Assembly (NCBI GenBank): GCA_964016885.1
Contig: OZ024740.1
Coordinates: 199,578,001-199,642,000, forward strand
Reading direction: 5' to 3'
From: Eledone cirrhosa
Taxonomy: Eukaryota
DNA: 64,000 bases
Shown here: piece by piece, positions 40,914 to 55,539 of the stretch
Position numbering within the stretch: the stretch's first letter is position 1
Layout of the letters: each line of letters begins with the position of its first letter
The notes under the pieces: model-generated
Database searches by the model: none
The model's input: the letters and a program-made list of their open reading frames with translations, nothing else
Told to the model about the DNA's origin: nothing
Made by a program: the position numbers and the translations under genes

Positions 40914-41400
40914 AACAGGCTGCGGACGGTATTTGAGGACAGATTTATGGTTTTAAAAAACCGCTTATATAATAACAGAAAAAAAACTGTATTCTTTTAA
41001 AAATAACATAAACATGACGCTAAATTATCAATTTAATAATTTTATTCAATAAACCACCATTAGCATTAATAACTGCCTCTACACGTGGTCGAAGTCGTTT
41101 GCAAGCTCGGATTAAGTTGTCCTTGTTCATATCGGACATGACTCTAATTATGGCGGCTTTCAAAGAATATTTGGTGCTAAGGGGGTGTTCATTCTCATTT
41201 TTCTCAACATGCTCCATACATAGTAGTTCAGTGAATTGAGGACTGGAGATTAAGAAGCCAAATGTTGGGGGTGATGTGATTATGCGAATTGTCAGCCATC
41301 CATTCTTGTGTCATTTGAACCTTGTGTGATGGTGCAGATTCTTCTTGAAAGACATTGCATACACTGTTGATCTTTTTCACTTGACGCACTTTGGTTTGTA
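40914..41400 (-). mobile_element. Decayed Tc1/mariner-superfamily transposase 3' part with probable right terminus
   Basis: VFQEESAPSHKVQMTQEWMADN...ITPNIW (cf. FQQDSAPxH...WPPNSPDLNP), then LKAAIIRVMSDMNKDNLIRACKRLRPRVEAVINANGG. Confidence 0.85.
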
Positions 41401-41649
41401 GCAATTTGTTTTCATTTTGCCTCGTCATTTGTGTAATTCACCGAAAGGTATAACGTGTCATGTCTTTGACTCTACTTGTTTCGTATCAAAGTGCAGTGAA
41501 CAATCCCAATCTCAATTCACCGAAACTGTAGTGATTTTCAGAGTTTGTCTCCGGAGATCGGAAAGCCCATGTTTCCTATATTTTTTTCCGCAGGCTATTT
41601 CATTTACGCCCTACAGATTTGAAATCGATCTATCTATCTGCCTCCCCCC

Positions 41650-41808
<159 letters not shown>

Positions 41809-41927
41809 AATTAAACAATTCTATTCCTGTAGAAGCCATTTTCATATTACATCCTATACTTTACTAATGTATTGAGTACCTTGGTGGTGACTTCTGATCG
41901 TACCTGATTCAACCCGGTACTGACGCA

Positions 41928-41962
<35 letters not shown>

Positions 41963-42278
41963 GTATATATATATATGATTAACAATGATAATAAGTAGGA
42001 ATGAGAGGTCAGAATATTTATGTTTCACTCGCATTTCGCGATTGATCCTCTTTAGATTCGATCTGTATTGATGAGGTCAGACTCTGGAATTAATAGCTTG
42101 TTGGACTCTTGGTTTCGTTAATGATGGGCAATATCCGCGTACAGCTTTAAATTAACACTTCTCATTCAAATCTACAATACAAGGTACCATACGGAAACCG
42201 ACTCAACTATGCATTTAGTGCTAAATTTGGTGAACCAACTGTACAGCCTATTAGACTCTATATATATTTATATATATG

Positions 42279-42327
<49 letters not shown>

Positions 42328-42509
42328 ATATAATAACAGAGATAGTTTAAAGCTAAACTCTGACTGCTAACCATCTCACTCAACAAACATTAGGTTATAT
42401 TTTAATATAAACCCAATTTAAGTGTTTGGGGTGTTAACAATATGTATTATGTGGAAAAGCCAGTTGTATTATTTTATGAGATATAATTAAAGTTAAAATA
42501 CATCTCTCT

Positions 42510-42619
42510 TTCCAAACAATTGTTTCATTATAAGTTTTCTACAAATTGGGAGAAGCCTAATATACATTCATGTAAGAATATATTTAGGTGGGCGTTTATA
42601 AATCATCAGTGGAAGCCCA
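42510..42619 (-). ncRNA. Extended type I hammerhead (family E, second copy; GUU triplet)
   Basis: Minus strand: TGGGC TTCCA CTGATGA TTTATAAAC GCCCA CCTAAATATATTC-ttacat-GAATGTATATTAGG ... TTATAAT GAAA CAATTGT T TGGAA. Confidence 0.72.
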
Positions 42620-42944
42620 TTAAACTTTGATATAAGAAAAACATTCTTACCGCAGTTAAAAATCGTGTCTGTTAAGTTGCTCCTTCTCGCATCGAATGAC
42701 CGCCAAATTTGAAATTCCAGCAGTTTTTGACTGAGGAAGTATTATAGCGTCACTAAGCGGGAAGGGGAGACAACTACGATCCACGAAAGGAGGAAAAAAA
42801 ATAATATACACGCGGGTTAATCAGTTTTTTCGAAAACATTATCAATCCAACGTGTTAAGAACTCAATTGAAATTAAAAAAATAAATATATGCGTGTATAA
42901 ATTACACACGCATATAGATATTTTCTTAGGCTAAAATCAGAGGT

Positions 42945-43070
<126 letters not shown>

Positions 43071-44438
43071 TGTGTGTGTGTCAGTGCCGGGTTCAAAATC
43101 GTGTCACCACAGATAGTAAGGTACTCAATATATTAGTAGATTATAAGCATCAAATTTAATATAGAAATAGCTTCTACAGGAATCAGTTGGAGAGTGTTGC
43201 TTCTGACAGGAAGAACCCGCTTGGAGGAATGTTCGTGAACTCTTCCCCGACGACCCTCTCAGGAATAAGTGGGCGAAGAAGAAGAGAAAAATTAGGGAGA
43301 TTTCGTCCGGAATCTATCAAAGCTAATATTTTGAAAGGAGAGATTTTGTTATGTGGGGTATTTTTTCCTAGGGAATGTTATTCTGTGTGATATTTTAGTT
43401 TGGGCAATTCTTTTTCATATATGTTTGCCTCTTATAAAAGCAAACATAATGAGGATATGGTTTGTTTATCTAGACATGAACCGGATGACTTCTGAAAACA
43501 TAGAAACGTACCAAAGCATAGCTTTATCAAGTTTCAAACTATACCATAGAGATTCACAGGAGGTGTACTGAGTCATGAAATACCAATAATTACTGGATGG
43601 CATGTTATGGTACTGATTATGTGTTTGTCAGCGTGTGTATGTATGTGTGTGTGCGTGTGTATGTGCGTGTGTGTGTGATGTTGTATGGTGCATCTCATAT
43701 CATGTGTAAATCTGTAAGCATCTATCTATGTTATGTATGCAGGTATGTATGCATGTATATATGTATATATGTATGTATATGTGTATGTATCTATGCATGT
43801 GTATATAGGTGTCAAATTTCAGTAAATGGATAAATACACACATGAAAGCAATCCGTCCGTTCCGCATTTAATATATGATTATATAAAAAATATAATTAGA
43901 GCCACACGCACATCACACACACATACACACACACATACACATACACACACACACATACGCACACAGAGATGCACATATATATATATATATACAAACAGAC
44001 ACATATATATATGTATATATGTGTGTATGCTTGCGTGTGTGAAAGTATCTACACTAAGTATGTCTTTATGTATGTATTTATGTATGTATGTATGCATGCA
44101 CGTTTGTACGTATGTATGTATGTATGTATGTATGTACATACTGATCTCACTTGGATATACGTTACAACTTCATAAATAACTGCACACAATTGGGTGAAGT
44201 ATTTATAAAGTTTCCATTTATAAGTTGTATCACCTTCTCAACATCCGATCCTGGCAACGTATTGATTTGTGTTACCATGTTCACACGGGAGAGAAATTAC
44301 GCTGCTGTGGTTATATAGATGTGTTTAGCAGCCAGTAGTTTCTGAGTTCAAGGTGAATACTACTGGTGAAAACAGTTATTGCTTGTAGTGCCACATTTCT
44401 ACAGTAAAACATTAAATGATCAATGAAAGACTTACATG

Positions 44439-44672
<234 letters not shown>

Positions 44673-46135
44673 ACGTGTGTGCGTGTGGGCGTGCATGTAA
44701 GTACATAGGTATATGCAAAGGTCGCTAAACTTTGTACAATTTTATTGGGAATTGATGTAGATTTTATTTTTGTTTATTATTTTTATAGTGTCTTTTAAAT
44801 ATTCAAACTAGCTGGCAAGTACTTGTGTACTTAGAGCTGGTGATTTAGACGAATCGTTAGAACATCAGATAGAATGCTATAAGGTATTCATTTATCTGCG
44901 TTTTCGTTCAAATATCGCCGTAATCAACTTTACCTTTCATTCAATCAATGTCGATATATATATATATATATAGTCCCAGTCGAATACTGAGTTCGATTGT
45001 TCCTCTATATTTCTTTTTTCCTCCTCCTCTCTTTCTCTTTTCCTTTCTATGCCCTTACACTCTGGAAGATGTCAGTTATATTCAGACCTTAAAAACGATG
45101 GAATCTGCCGGTTTTAATGCCATGAAAATCCCTATGACTCTTGGTGGAGTTATAGTGATTGTTATACTGGTATATTCCCCATGGACTGTTGTACGGTCGA
45201 ACTAGTGAACTAAATCCCATTACCCACCCCAGAAAATATGTGATTGCATGTGATCCTCACTCTAACGTTAACCAACTAGTCCTTTTTTAATTACGTGCAA
45301 CTTTGCAACTTAATCTGCCCGATAGACCTAATTTTTAGAGAGGTGGGGCTCATAGACTTACCATGGGTCGTAGTCTTAATGTGAATTGATAGGCTTAATA
45401 TGTGGGCCAATAGGCTTAATGTGGGTGGTAAACATAATGTGGCTGACCGACTTAATGTGCTTGGGTAGAAATATGTGGTACGATTATTTTCTGCAAAAAA
45501 AGGTTGTTGGTTGGGTTGACATAAACTGTGAGCTAGAAATAGTTCTTCTGGGCGATGTAATGTGGGTAATAGATCCAATTTGGGTGGCAAACGTAACATT
45601 GAAGTTAGAGATCGATGGGAAATGTGTGTAGTGGAAGGCCTAAATTGGTTGTTATACTTAATGCAGGTGTGAGATTTCATATAGGTGGTATACTCATTTT
45701 ATTCAGTTTTGTTTAAATATAAACAAATACTTATAATGTTCAAGACAATCCATAACGCCATGTTTGTAGCTACCTAATCTCTCAAATAAGGTAATCGTTT
45801 TCACTTTATTATAACTAAAATGGATGTCATAACCGTCTATTCCGTGTCTTTGTTATTATGTAAGATTCATCGTGTTTAATTTTCTCTTCTATAAGTAACT
45901 AGTCCTATTAAATAGTCGTTGCTTTCCATATCCATATTGACATTTCAAATCTTTTTTATTGTATTATTAACTAAAGCAATTTTATTTGTACTGCAGAGTT
46001 TGGTACAGGCAGTCATTTGGTAGAGTTGTTGTTAGAAGTGTTTTTACATTACTTTTTCTGGCTCTTTGTAATCTATGTTCAAGTCTCATCGAAATCAGCA
46101 TTGTCTTTTATTCTTAGAGATGGGTTAATGAAATA

Positions 46136-46238
46136 ATTGTTTCTACTTTTGGCACAAGGCCAGCAATTACCCAGAGCATTACTGGTACTTTATTTTATCG
46201 ACCCCATAAGCATGAAAGGCAAAGTTAACCTCGGCGAG
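46136..46238 (-). mobile_element. 5'-truncated SINE copy
   Basis: Near-identical to the 3' half of the 27144-27720 units. Confidence 0.85.
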
Positions 46239-47195
46239 GATAATGATTAATGAAATAACGTTCTTGCATTATGTCTCTTCATCTCTCTCTCTTTCTCTTT
46301 ATGTCTCTCTCTCTCTCTGCACACCCCCTCCCCCCACCATATCTCTCTCTGTTTTCCACTCTGCATCACTCACTTTCTCTGGAAGAAAACAACTATCTCA
46401 CACAGGGAGAGGGACGGTGCAGTCAGGATTCTATCGGGACTGAAGCACCCATAGACGGGTGGATATCTATCTGGCACTATTCAATTGATGGTATTGCCCC
46501 TGCGAGCTTCCGAGGATTTGGACTGTTATTACTGACTAAACCATTTATTTTTTACCCTACATATTTTATCTATGCTATTTGGCAAACACGTAGAATATCG
46601 TAAGACACTTCCATTGAGTTCACATTAAAAATGCCAGTCTCTAAACCTAACCGACGGAAGGGTAAACCACCTCATGATGGCCGGTTATGGGTGATTAACA
46701 CATGACTGAACTAATCACATGTTTGCCTCCCCGTAGCATAATATTAGCCATGGTGTTTTTGTTTTGTTTGTTTGTTTTTCATTGATATCCATGAATGGAA
46801 GACTCCTCTCTGCAGAACACTGATGTTTTCTAAAACCACGGCTGATACAGATTCACACCAGCGATGGGACACCCTATTACTCCATCTGAGTGGGCCGGAG
46901 CAACGTCACATAAAGTGCCTTGTTCAAGGGGACAAGGTACAATCTGTTCTGTTAAGAGAAAGCTTAATCTTAAGATAGCTAGTTTTACCACGTGTTTTCA
47001 GATCTCATTAATACCTAAAATATTCTCTCAACCTGATTTTTTTGGTTATCATATAAATGTATTTGAATTTTAGCAAATTAAGCAACAATGAATGTCTATA
47101 TAAATATTAACACAAATTAAAAATAAATATATAATTTCAATAAATATAACAAATATAAGAAGGGATATTGATTTCTTATGTTGACAATTTCCAAT

Positions 47196-47333
47196 TTCTT
47201 CTTTTTCTTCTTTTTCTTCTTTTTCTTCTTCTTCTTCTTCTTCTTCTTCTTCTTCTTCTTCTTCTTCTTCTTCTTCTTCTTCTTCTTCTTCTTCTTCTTC
47301 TTCTTCTTCTTCTTCTTCTTCTTCTTCTTCTTC
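47196..47333. repeat. (TTC)n microsatellite
   Basis: Read directly; source of the poly-E/R/L/F ORFs. Confidence 0.98.
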
Positions 47334-47349
47334 TATCATTATTATCATT

Positions 47350-47533
47350 GCAGTGAATTGGCAGTATCGGTAGAGGGTGGGTCGCCATGCTTTCCAGCAT
47401 AGTTACGTCCCTTTATAGTCTGAGTTCAAATCCCGCCGAGGTTAACCTTGCCTTTCATCGTTACGGGGTCGATAAAATAAAGTACCAGTAATGTACTGGT
47501 TAATTGCTGGCCTGGTGCCAAAAGTAGAAACAA
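47350..47533 (+). mobile_element. tRNA-headed SINE, well-preserved copy with an ATT tail
   Basis: A-box-like TGGCAGTATCGG (~47359), B-box GAGTTCAAATCCC (47422-47434), and core GGGGTCGATAAAATAAAGTACCAGT found in more than 10 copies in the window. Confidence 0.85.
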
Positions 47534-47566
47534 TTATTATCATTGCTGTTATTATTATTATTATTA

Positions 47567-47846
47567 AGGCTGGCTAACTTGAGGAGAGGGGTGCTCTCCT
47601 GAGTGCCCTAGAGGCGCAGGGTGGTTCAGGATTGGTGGGGTACCTGAAGCACCCCAGGGTCGTACAACCCCTATCGGGGAATTTATTTTGTTATACTTAT
47701 GCATAGTTTATTTTATATTTTTTTATTTTCATTGTTAAATTAGTCTTGCCATTGTGCACTTTTACTCGACCTTATTGTAAATCCCCACTGTCCCTGTCTT
47801 TGTAATGTCCCCTACATGTCGGCCCTTGTGGCTAATAAATGAAATC
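47567..47846 (+). mobile_element. Tx1-like element, short 3' fragment (array copy A)
   Basis: Shares CCCCTATYGGGGAATTT and the terminal CCTTGTGGNNAATAAA-(N)-GAAATC(ATT)n with copies B and C; (ATT)n on both sides. Confidence 0.7.
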
Positions 47847-48039
47847 ATTATTATTATTATTATTATTATTGTTCTTTGAGTCTCAGTCATTAATGTTATT
47901 TAACTTGAAAGTTTGTTGAAATGAATATCAAGCCACTACCTGCAACCTCAGATATTCAGGACGTATCGGAGGGTTCTTGCTGTTCCCAGCAAGCAAGCCT
48001 TTTGAAGTGTTCCAAAAAGCGGGGCGGGACCAATTTTCA

Positions 48040-50002
48040 CAAGGGGGTGATGATGTTATCGATAATTTCAGGCCCATAACCCTTCTAGACGCAGAGTTCA
48101 AGATTTTGGCCGAGGTGTTAGCGACGAGTTTGGCGCTTGTCGCCAAGGCTCTGGTGGGAGAGGCACAGACATGCGCCATTCCGGACAGATCCATACACGA
48201 CAACCTCCACCTCATGCGATACATCAGAGAGAGGGTGGTTAAGGAACCTGGCACGGGTGGGGTCCTGGTCAACTTGGATCAATCCAAAGCATTCGATAGA
48301 GTCGACCATCAGTACCTGGCGGCGGCTCTCGAGGCAGCTGGTTTCGGGCCGGTTTTCAGGGGTTGGATCGCTGCGGTGTACGGCGACATCTGCTCAGTTG
48401 TGAGGGTGAACGGTCACCTGGCGCAGCCGTTCAGCATCATGCGCTCGGTCCGCCAGGGTTGTCCCTTCTCGTCCCTCTTGTACGTATTGGCTCTTGAGCC
48501 GTTACTGCACAAACTGGGGGCGATGAGGGGCGTCTCACGAGAACTATGGTGCAGGAAATCCGAGTCGGCTCACGCCGACGACGTCACCGTGTTAGTGTCG
48601 AGCACCATACACGTCCAGATGGTTGGCACCGCTCTCAAGGAATACGAATCGGTGACAGGAGCAAAATTAAACTAGGAAAAGTCGGTGGGCTTGCAGCTCG
48701 ACACCTGGAGAGGCAAGTCCATGCCGTCCGACAGCGTCGTGGGGCGTTGGACGGACGGACCGGTTAAATTGCTCGGGGTCTGGTTCCGATCGGGCCTCCA
48801 GATGGAGAAGAACTGGAACGAGGTGACGACAAAGCTGGCTTCCCTCACTCAGAAATGGGCCGAGAGGAAGCTGTCCCTGAAAGGCCGGGCGGAGGTGGCG
48901 AATCCGTACATCGCATTCGTCATCTGCGACCGCCTCACCGTCGTCCATTGCCCCGGCCCAACTCTCACCGAAATGGAGCGCCTCCTCTTCCGCTTGTTGT
49001 GGAAGGGACGCGCTCCCATGGTCAGACGATATATCTGCTTTCAACACCCGTTGCGTGGAGGACTGGGCATGCCATGGCTGATGATGCGCAAACATGCGCT
49101 GAGGCTGCGACATCTCTGGTGCTTCCTTGAGGGTGAACAGGTGTGGTGGCCGTTCGCCTAGCACGTTTTCCCACAGGTCGTCTATTTGACGGGGCTGCAG
49201 TCATCGGTCAGAAAAAGACCAAGGGATAGTGCTTGTAAACTAGATTGTCTCCAGGCGCTCACTTCCACCTGCCAGCTGGGCACAAGTATCAGTGGAATAT
49301 CCGCCTCGGCGTTCTATAGAGGACTAGTGGAGGGGAAGGGCGATGACGTTCTCGGAGAGATCCTGGACGTCGAAGAAGATCAGCTGTTTGCACTCTTCAG
49401 GAGAAATTTCATCCCAGGGCCTATGGATAAGTTCCCAAAATCCCTGGCCTGGCAGTGCTACCCGGGAACTCTGCCGGTTCGAGATAAGCTCTACAGGCAC
49501 GGAAGTGCCGTCAGCCGAGCCTGTACGAGATGCGCGCAGAGCGACGAAACCGTCGTTCACGCACTCGTCCAGTGCCCGAGCATTGCTGACTTGTGGAGCT
49601 ATGTCGAACAGTTGCAGTCACGTGTAGGACTGATCCGGTTATCGACTGAGTCCATTGTGCAGATGGTCTCGCCGTCTTCCTTCGAGGAGGGAGGGCAGGC
49701 GGTTTTCACCTGCCTGCTGGCCATGGCGAAAGAGAGTGTGTGGTGGACAAATTTGAAAGAGTTAAAGACAGTCACTTTCCTATTCGCCCCCCCCCCCCCC
49801 CTTATTGGGGAATTTTTCATTGTTTCAATTTTCATTTTTATTGTTTATATATATATGTTTCCATGTCCTTTTTTTTTCTTTTCTTATATAAATAATAAAA
49901 AAATATTTACACGCCCAAACCCCACATCGTACCGTCCTGTACCGTCCTGTGCCGCGTGTAATGTTTTTCTTGATGTCAGACCTTGTGGCCAATAAAGAAA
50001 TC
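48040..50002 (+). mobile_element. Tx1-like element, 5'-truncated and decayed (array copy B): RT through zinc finger
   Basis: ORFs 47977..48675, 48685..49161 and 49186.. are collinear with ORF2 of copy C; YADD changed to HADD, two in-frame stops and a ~250-bp deletion near 49785. Confidence 0.93.
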
Positions 50003-50457
50003 ATTATTATTATTATGATTATTGAATGCTATGGTTGACGGAGGCTCGGCTCTGTAAGGTATTGTAAATTTTGAACGCTATAACAATTGTAAATTGTTTA
50101 AAACTTTAACGAACTTGTAGACAAAAACACCCTCCTCCTCGTGAGATGGGTCTTTCTGCCAGTTATTTGGCCCTTCGGGGTTAAATAACTGCTTATTGGG
50201 GTTTTGTGCCCAATATTTATTTCAAACAAAAAAAACAACATGGCTACGAAAAAGAATTTTCATAGGTCACTCCCACTCATTCCGTCTTCTTCTTCCTCAA
50301 TCGTCACTACAGCAGAGAGAAGATTGTCTCTCTCCCTCCCTTCTTTAAATGTGTCTCTCTCCCTCCCTTCTCTTTCGCAAGCGACGACAGAAAAGAAAAG
50401 TCTCGTGCAAAGCGTGCACGATTTCTCCACGACGACGACGACAACGACGAAAAAGGT

Positions 50458-52085
50458 GTGCGGGAAATACGAAAACCCATTTCATTCGCGGAGAACCTGG
50501 AAACAATCCTCATAACAAATGAGGAATTAGAGGAAGCGAAGAAGATGGTGACAAAAACAGGACACCGAGCAATCTGCAAGGCAGCGGAAAAATTGTTCGA
50601 AACCCAACAGCACTGTACGGTCACGTACCGTACAGTAAGTACAAAATCCCGTAGGGTGGAAAGAGCCACAGAGGCTCAAATACAAAAAGCCTTGGGGGTC
50701 TGTGTGGCAACGGAAAACAAACATCATCCGAGGCAAGAAATATGCCACCGTAGACGTACTTTTTGCCACACCCCAGGAGGCAAAGGCTCAATCCGTAGTG
50801 ACCCTAAGGAGCGAGGAAATGGTGTTGGTGCCCTCCTACTGCGGGAAAAAAATTGTGAGGGTCAAACTGCCCCACGCCCCCCCCCCCCGGGATGGCCCCT
50901 TCTTGGCTGGCCGCGTCTGTCCTCGTCGGAATCGAGGACAAAACAACTGTACTGCAAGTACAGAAAAAAGTAAGAGAAGATTGGGTCGGCATCTCCATTG
51001 AGATGTTAATCCAAACCAACCAGGTGTGCATCGAAGCTATCCCAGATGTGATAGACTTCGATAACGGCACTCAACTGCCAATAGGTGTTGAGGGCAAACG
51101 CCCGAAATGCTTTCGCTGTGGGTCGAAGACTCACCTCAGGGCCTTCTGCAACGAGAAGACCCTGAGAAAGGAGAAAACCCCCCTCCTTCCGAAACCGGCT
51201 CCACGGCTACCAGCAACAGGACAAGCGGCAACCAGGAACGATAGGTCCGTGGCACCCATACCCACGCCACGGAAATCAAAAACAGCAGCAGCAATGGAAG
51301 TATTAACAACAACAACAGCAATACCAAATGCAGCTGCAACAGAGACTCCAGTGCAAACATCACCAACAACAACAAGTGAAAGAGTGGAGCTGGTACCCCT
51401 CCCCGACCTCACAGAATCAGACATGGAGTGTGAGGTGGGAGAGGGATGGCAAAAGGTCGTAAGAAGGCACAAACGCAGAAGCAGTGCATCGTCGCCTTTG
51501 AAAAGGGAGGAAAGAAATGAGAAAAGGGTAAAGTCTACTGCAAAGAGACTCACAGCAGCAACACCACCAACACCATCACCACCCACACTAGCACCACCAT
51601 CACCACCGGCGACAACCCCACCGCCAACAACACCTTCAACACCACCACCACAAGCACCAACATCGCAAACACAACAAAACACACACACCCAGCAACAACG
51701 ACAAGAAAATAGCAGAACCACACCCCACCCCCAGAAAAACAAATGCACGGCAATAAATACACACAACAAGAAACTAATGACTTACATAATTGAACACACA
51801 GACATTTCGCAACACGACTACATAATACCAGCACCAATCAAAACGCCAACTAACATAAGACTGCTAAAAATAGCTCAGAAACAATACACAAACATTAAAA
51901 CGAAATTCCCCAACGCAGTTGGTGATTTCAGGAACCTAGGAGGAACTATCAATCGAAGAGTATATTCGGAAATACTCATAGAAGAGCCGACGACCAGCCG
52001 AAGGGACGATTCAACGGTCCCTTCACCAGACGATCAAGTAAAAAGTGATGTAAAAACCATCCCTCCTCTACGAAAAGTACGGTAA
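50458..52085 (+). pseudogene. ORF1 (gag-like nucleic-acid-binding protein), split by two frameshifts
   Basis: Overlapping ORFs 50458.., 50702.. and 50892..52085; CFRCGSKTHLRAFC is CX2CX4HX4C; RRM-like ATVDVLFATPQEAKA; Pro/Thr-rich C-terminal half. True start uncertain. Confidence 0.8.
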
Positions 52086-52120
52086 GTGGTCTTTCCCATC
52101 TTTTCCACTCTATTTTAAAC

Positions 52121-55100
52121 ATGACCTCACTCAGAATAGGCAGTATAAATGCGCGTGGCTTGGGGTCGTCATGGAAGCAGGGTCACCTGCTCAACGACCT
52201 CAGGTCACTAAACATAGATGTAGTGGCCATCAGCGAGACCAGAATCTCCGAAGCACGGGCCTTCGCACCGATCTTCTGCGTCTACGATGTGTACACATCT
52301 CCCAGCCGTCCTGGATCGGGGGGAGGAGTTGCTGTGCTTTTTCGGAGAGGTTTGGATCTCGCCATACGGGCCATCTTCCTGGACCCAGAGGGTAAGCTGG
52401 TGGTGCTGGACGTGACCAGCGGAGACGGGCAAGCTTTCAGGCTAGTGGCCGTCTATGCCCCGACAGGAGCAGGGCGGCCTGATTTCTTCCGGCGTCTGGA
52501 GACCTTTGTTGGAACGTCCCGCTCTTTAGTGATAGTGGGCGACTGGAACGGGATCTTAGATGCACGCTGGGACTGTGTGGGATTAGCGGATAGGGATGGA
52601 GGGTGCAAGAGCCTCACCAACCTGCTCAGGCGTTTTGAACTGTCTGACAGGTACCGATTGGATTTCCCGAATGTGCCAATGTGGACTTGGACAAATCGCA
52701 TAGGGTCATCCAGATTATATCTAGATAGAGTATTTTGTAGGGAAATAGATAGGTCTAGCATAGGCTGTCCACAATTTAAGATAGTCAGCTACACGGACCA
52801 CAAATTCGTGATCTGTGTGCTTGACTTAGATAGGCTTCATAGACGAGGACCCGGCTACTGGAAGCTAAATGCGTCCTTACCAGCGCGCAAGGCCTACAGA
52901 GACCGGATTAGCGAACTAGTTAAGCGGGCGTTGACGGGGGCCATCGTCAACAACAAGTTGTGGTTTGCTCTGAAAAGAGCGATTAGAATAGAATCCATTA
53001 GGTTTAGTAACGCTTTAGCAATAGAGAAAAATAGAGCAGAGGGAGAACTAGTTAGAAAATTAGACGAGGCGCTTAGCAAAGGCATTGCGACCGACATACT
53101 TGCGGCGAAATTGGCCCTTGACCAATTCTTCAATGCAAAGCACGAAGGCTGCGTTGTCAGAGCAAGGGTGAGTGCTCTCAGACACGAGGGGACGAAAGCC
53201 GTTCAATGGGCCCGAGTGGCGGAGGCGCGTCGTGGCAACAAAGCCACGATCCGGTCTTTGGTGGACCACGACGGGCGCATGCTACTCGATCCCGGGCAAA
53301 TGTGTGAAGCTTTTCGGCGACACTTCGCTCAGCTGTTCGGGGGCAGCGGTGGGCCGGGTCGAGGGATGGACTTTAGTGTCTACCTCGACGGACTGCCGCG
53401 GCTCTCGGCCACTGAGGCGAGGTTTTGCGAAAAGCCGATAACAGCCGCTGAAGTAAGGGAGGCAATGACTGGCTGCCCAAGGGGTGAATCGCCTGGTTTG
53501 GATGGTCTGCTCTATGAACTTTACGTACAGATGCCAGACTTGTTCGGAGGCCTCTTGGCGGACGTCTACTGCAACTGCCAACAGAACGGGAGAATTCCCA
53601 GTTCTGTGAGCCGAGGAGCGGTGGCACTGCTGAGAAAGGATCCGAACAAGGGGGATAACACAGATAATTTCCGGCCCATAAATCTGCTAAACACAGAGTG
53701 CAAGATTTTGGCCAAGGTCCTAGCAAAGAGGTTGGCGCTTGTCGTTGGTGGTCTGGTGGGAGAGGCGCAGACATGCGCCATTCCTGACAGATCCATCCAC
53801 GACAACCTCCACCTCATGCGATACATCGTAGAGAGGGTAGCTAGGGAACCTGGCACGGGTGGGTCCTTGATCAATTTAGATCAGTCGAAAGCTTTCGATA
53901 GGGTCGACCATCGTTACCTAGCGGCAGTCCTGAGGGCGGCTGGCTTTGGGCCCGTCTTCAGAGGCTGGATCGCTGCCATGCACAGCGACATCTGCTCTGT
54001 GGTGAGAGTGAACGGTCACCTGTCGGAACCGTTCAACATCATGCGCTCGGTCCGACAAGGATGTCCCCTCTCGTCCCTCTTGTACGTATTAACTCTCGAG
54101 CCATTACTGCACAAACTGGAGACGTTGAGGGGCGTCCCGCGCGAACTAGGATGCGGAAGATCCGTGTCAGCATATGCGGACGATGTCACCGTAGTGGTGT
54201 CAAACGCCAAACACATCGAGGCGATCGGCACTGCACTAAGAGAATACGAAGCGGTGACAGGAGGAATGATCAACCAGGAAAAGTCAGTAGGCCTGCAGCT
54301 CGGCACCTGGAGAGGCAGGTCCATGCCGTCCAACAGCGTCGTCGGACGCTGGACGAACGGACCGGTTAAATTGCTAGGGGTCTGGTTCGGTCCGGACCTC
54401 CAGACGGACAAAAACAGGGACGAGGTGACGAGCAGGGTGGCTCTCTCACCCAGAAATGGGCGGAGAGGAAGCTATCCCTGAAAGGTCGAGCGAAGGTGGC
54501 TAACGCGTACATCGCGTCTGTCATCTGCTTCCGCCTGACCGTCGTACCTTGTCCTAAGCCTCGCCTGAATGCGCTGGAGCGTTTGCTCTTTCGCTTTTTG
54601 TGGAAGGGACGCGCTCCGATGGTCAGGCGGTCCATCTGTTGTCAACACCCGCTACGTGGAGGGCTCGGCATGCCGTGGCTGATGATGCGCAGGCACGCGC
54701 TCAGGCTACGACATCTCCACCTCTTCCTCGACGGTGATCAGGTCTGGTCGCCGTTTGCTAGACACGTATTTCCCCAGCTCGTTTCCTTGGCGGAGCTGCA
54801 GTCCTGGGTCAAGCGAAAACCGAGAGGGAGCGCCTGGAGACTGGAATGTCTTCAGACGCTCACAGCCCTCGAACAATCGGGCAATGTGATCGGTGGAAAC
54901 TCCACCTCAGCGTTCTATAGAGGATTAGTGGAGGGGAAGAGCGACGACGTACTTGGGGAAACTCTAGGCGTCGACGAAAATCAACTAGCCAATCACTCCG
55001 GAAGAACTTTCGGGCCAGGGCCTATGGGCAACTTCCAGAAATCTCTGGCCTGGCAGTGCTACCGAGGAGCCTTGCTAGTTCGGGATAAACCCTACAGGCA

Positions 55101-55539
55101 TGGAGGTGCCGTCAGCCGGACATGTCCGAGATGCGCGCAGGGCGACGAAACCGTCCTGCACGCACTCGTCCAGTGTCCGAAAATTGCTGACTTGTGGGTT
55201 TATGTGGGACACCTGCTGTCGCGTTTAGGACGGATCCGGCTATCATCTGAGTCCATCGTGAGGATTGCCCCGCCCTCCTCCTTTAGCCGGGAAGGGCAGG
55301 CAGTTTTTATCTGTCTGGTGGCCATGGCGAAAGAGATAGTATGGTGGACACGTTTGAAAGGGCTGAAGACGAGCACTTACCTCTTCGGTGATGCTCTGAT
55401 TGACTTTTTCAAATTTCATTTGAAAAGGAAAATCAGAGTAGAGAGGGAAGTGCTCTCTTCCCAGCATTTTGTTGAAAGATGGGTGAGAGAAGCAAGAATG
55501 GCCCGAGTGAATGGGCCTACTATGAGTATATATCTGTAA
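52121..55539 (+). CDS. ORF2: AP endonuclease + reverse transcriptase + C-terminal zinc finger, with a single 1-nt frameshift near 54443
   Basis: INARGL, AISET, VYAP, GDWN, LDR, TDH (APE); FRPINLLN, LDQSKAFDRV, VRQGCPLS, YADD (RT); CPRC...ETVLHALVQC. Alignment to copy B (GCT TCC CTC versus GCT CT CTC) locates the deletion. Confidence 0.95.

Noticed and set aside
47350-47440. tRNA gene
   Set aside because: Only A/B-box-like motifs with excess spacing, fused to a repeated body; it is a SINE head with no cloverleaf.
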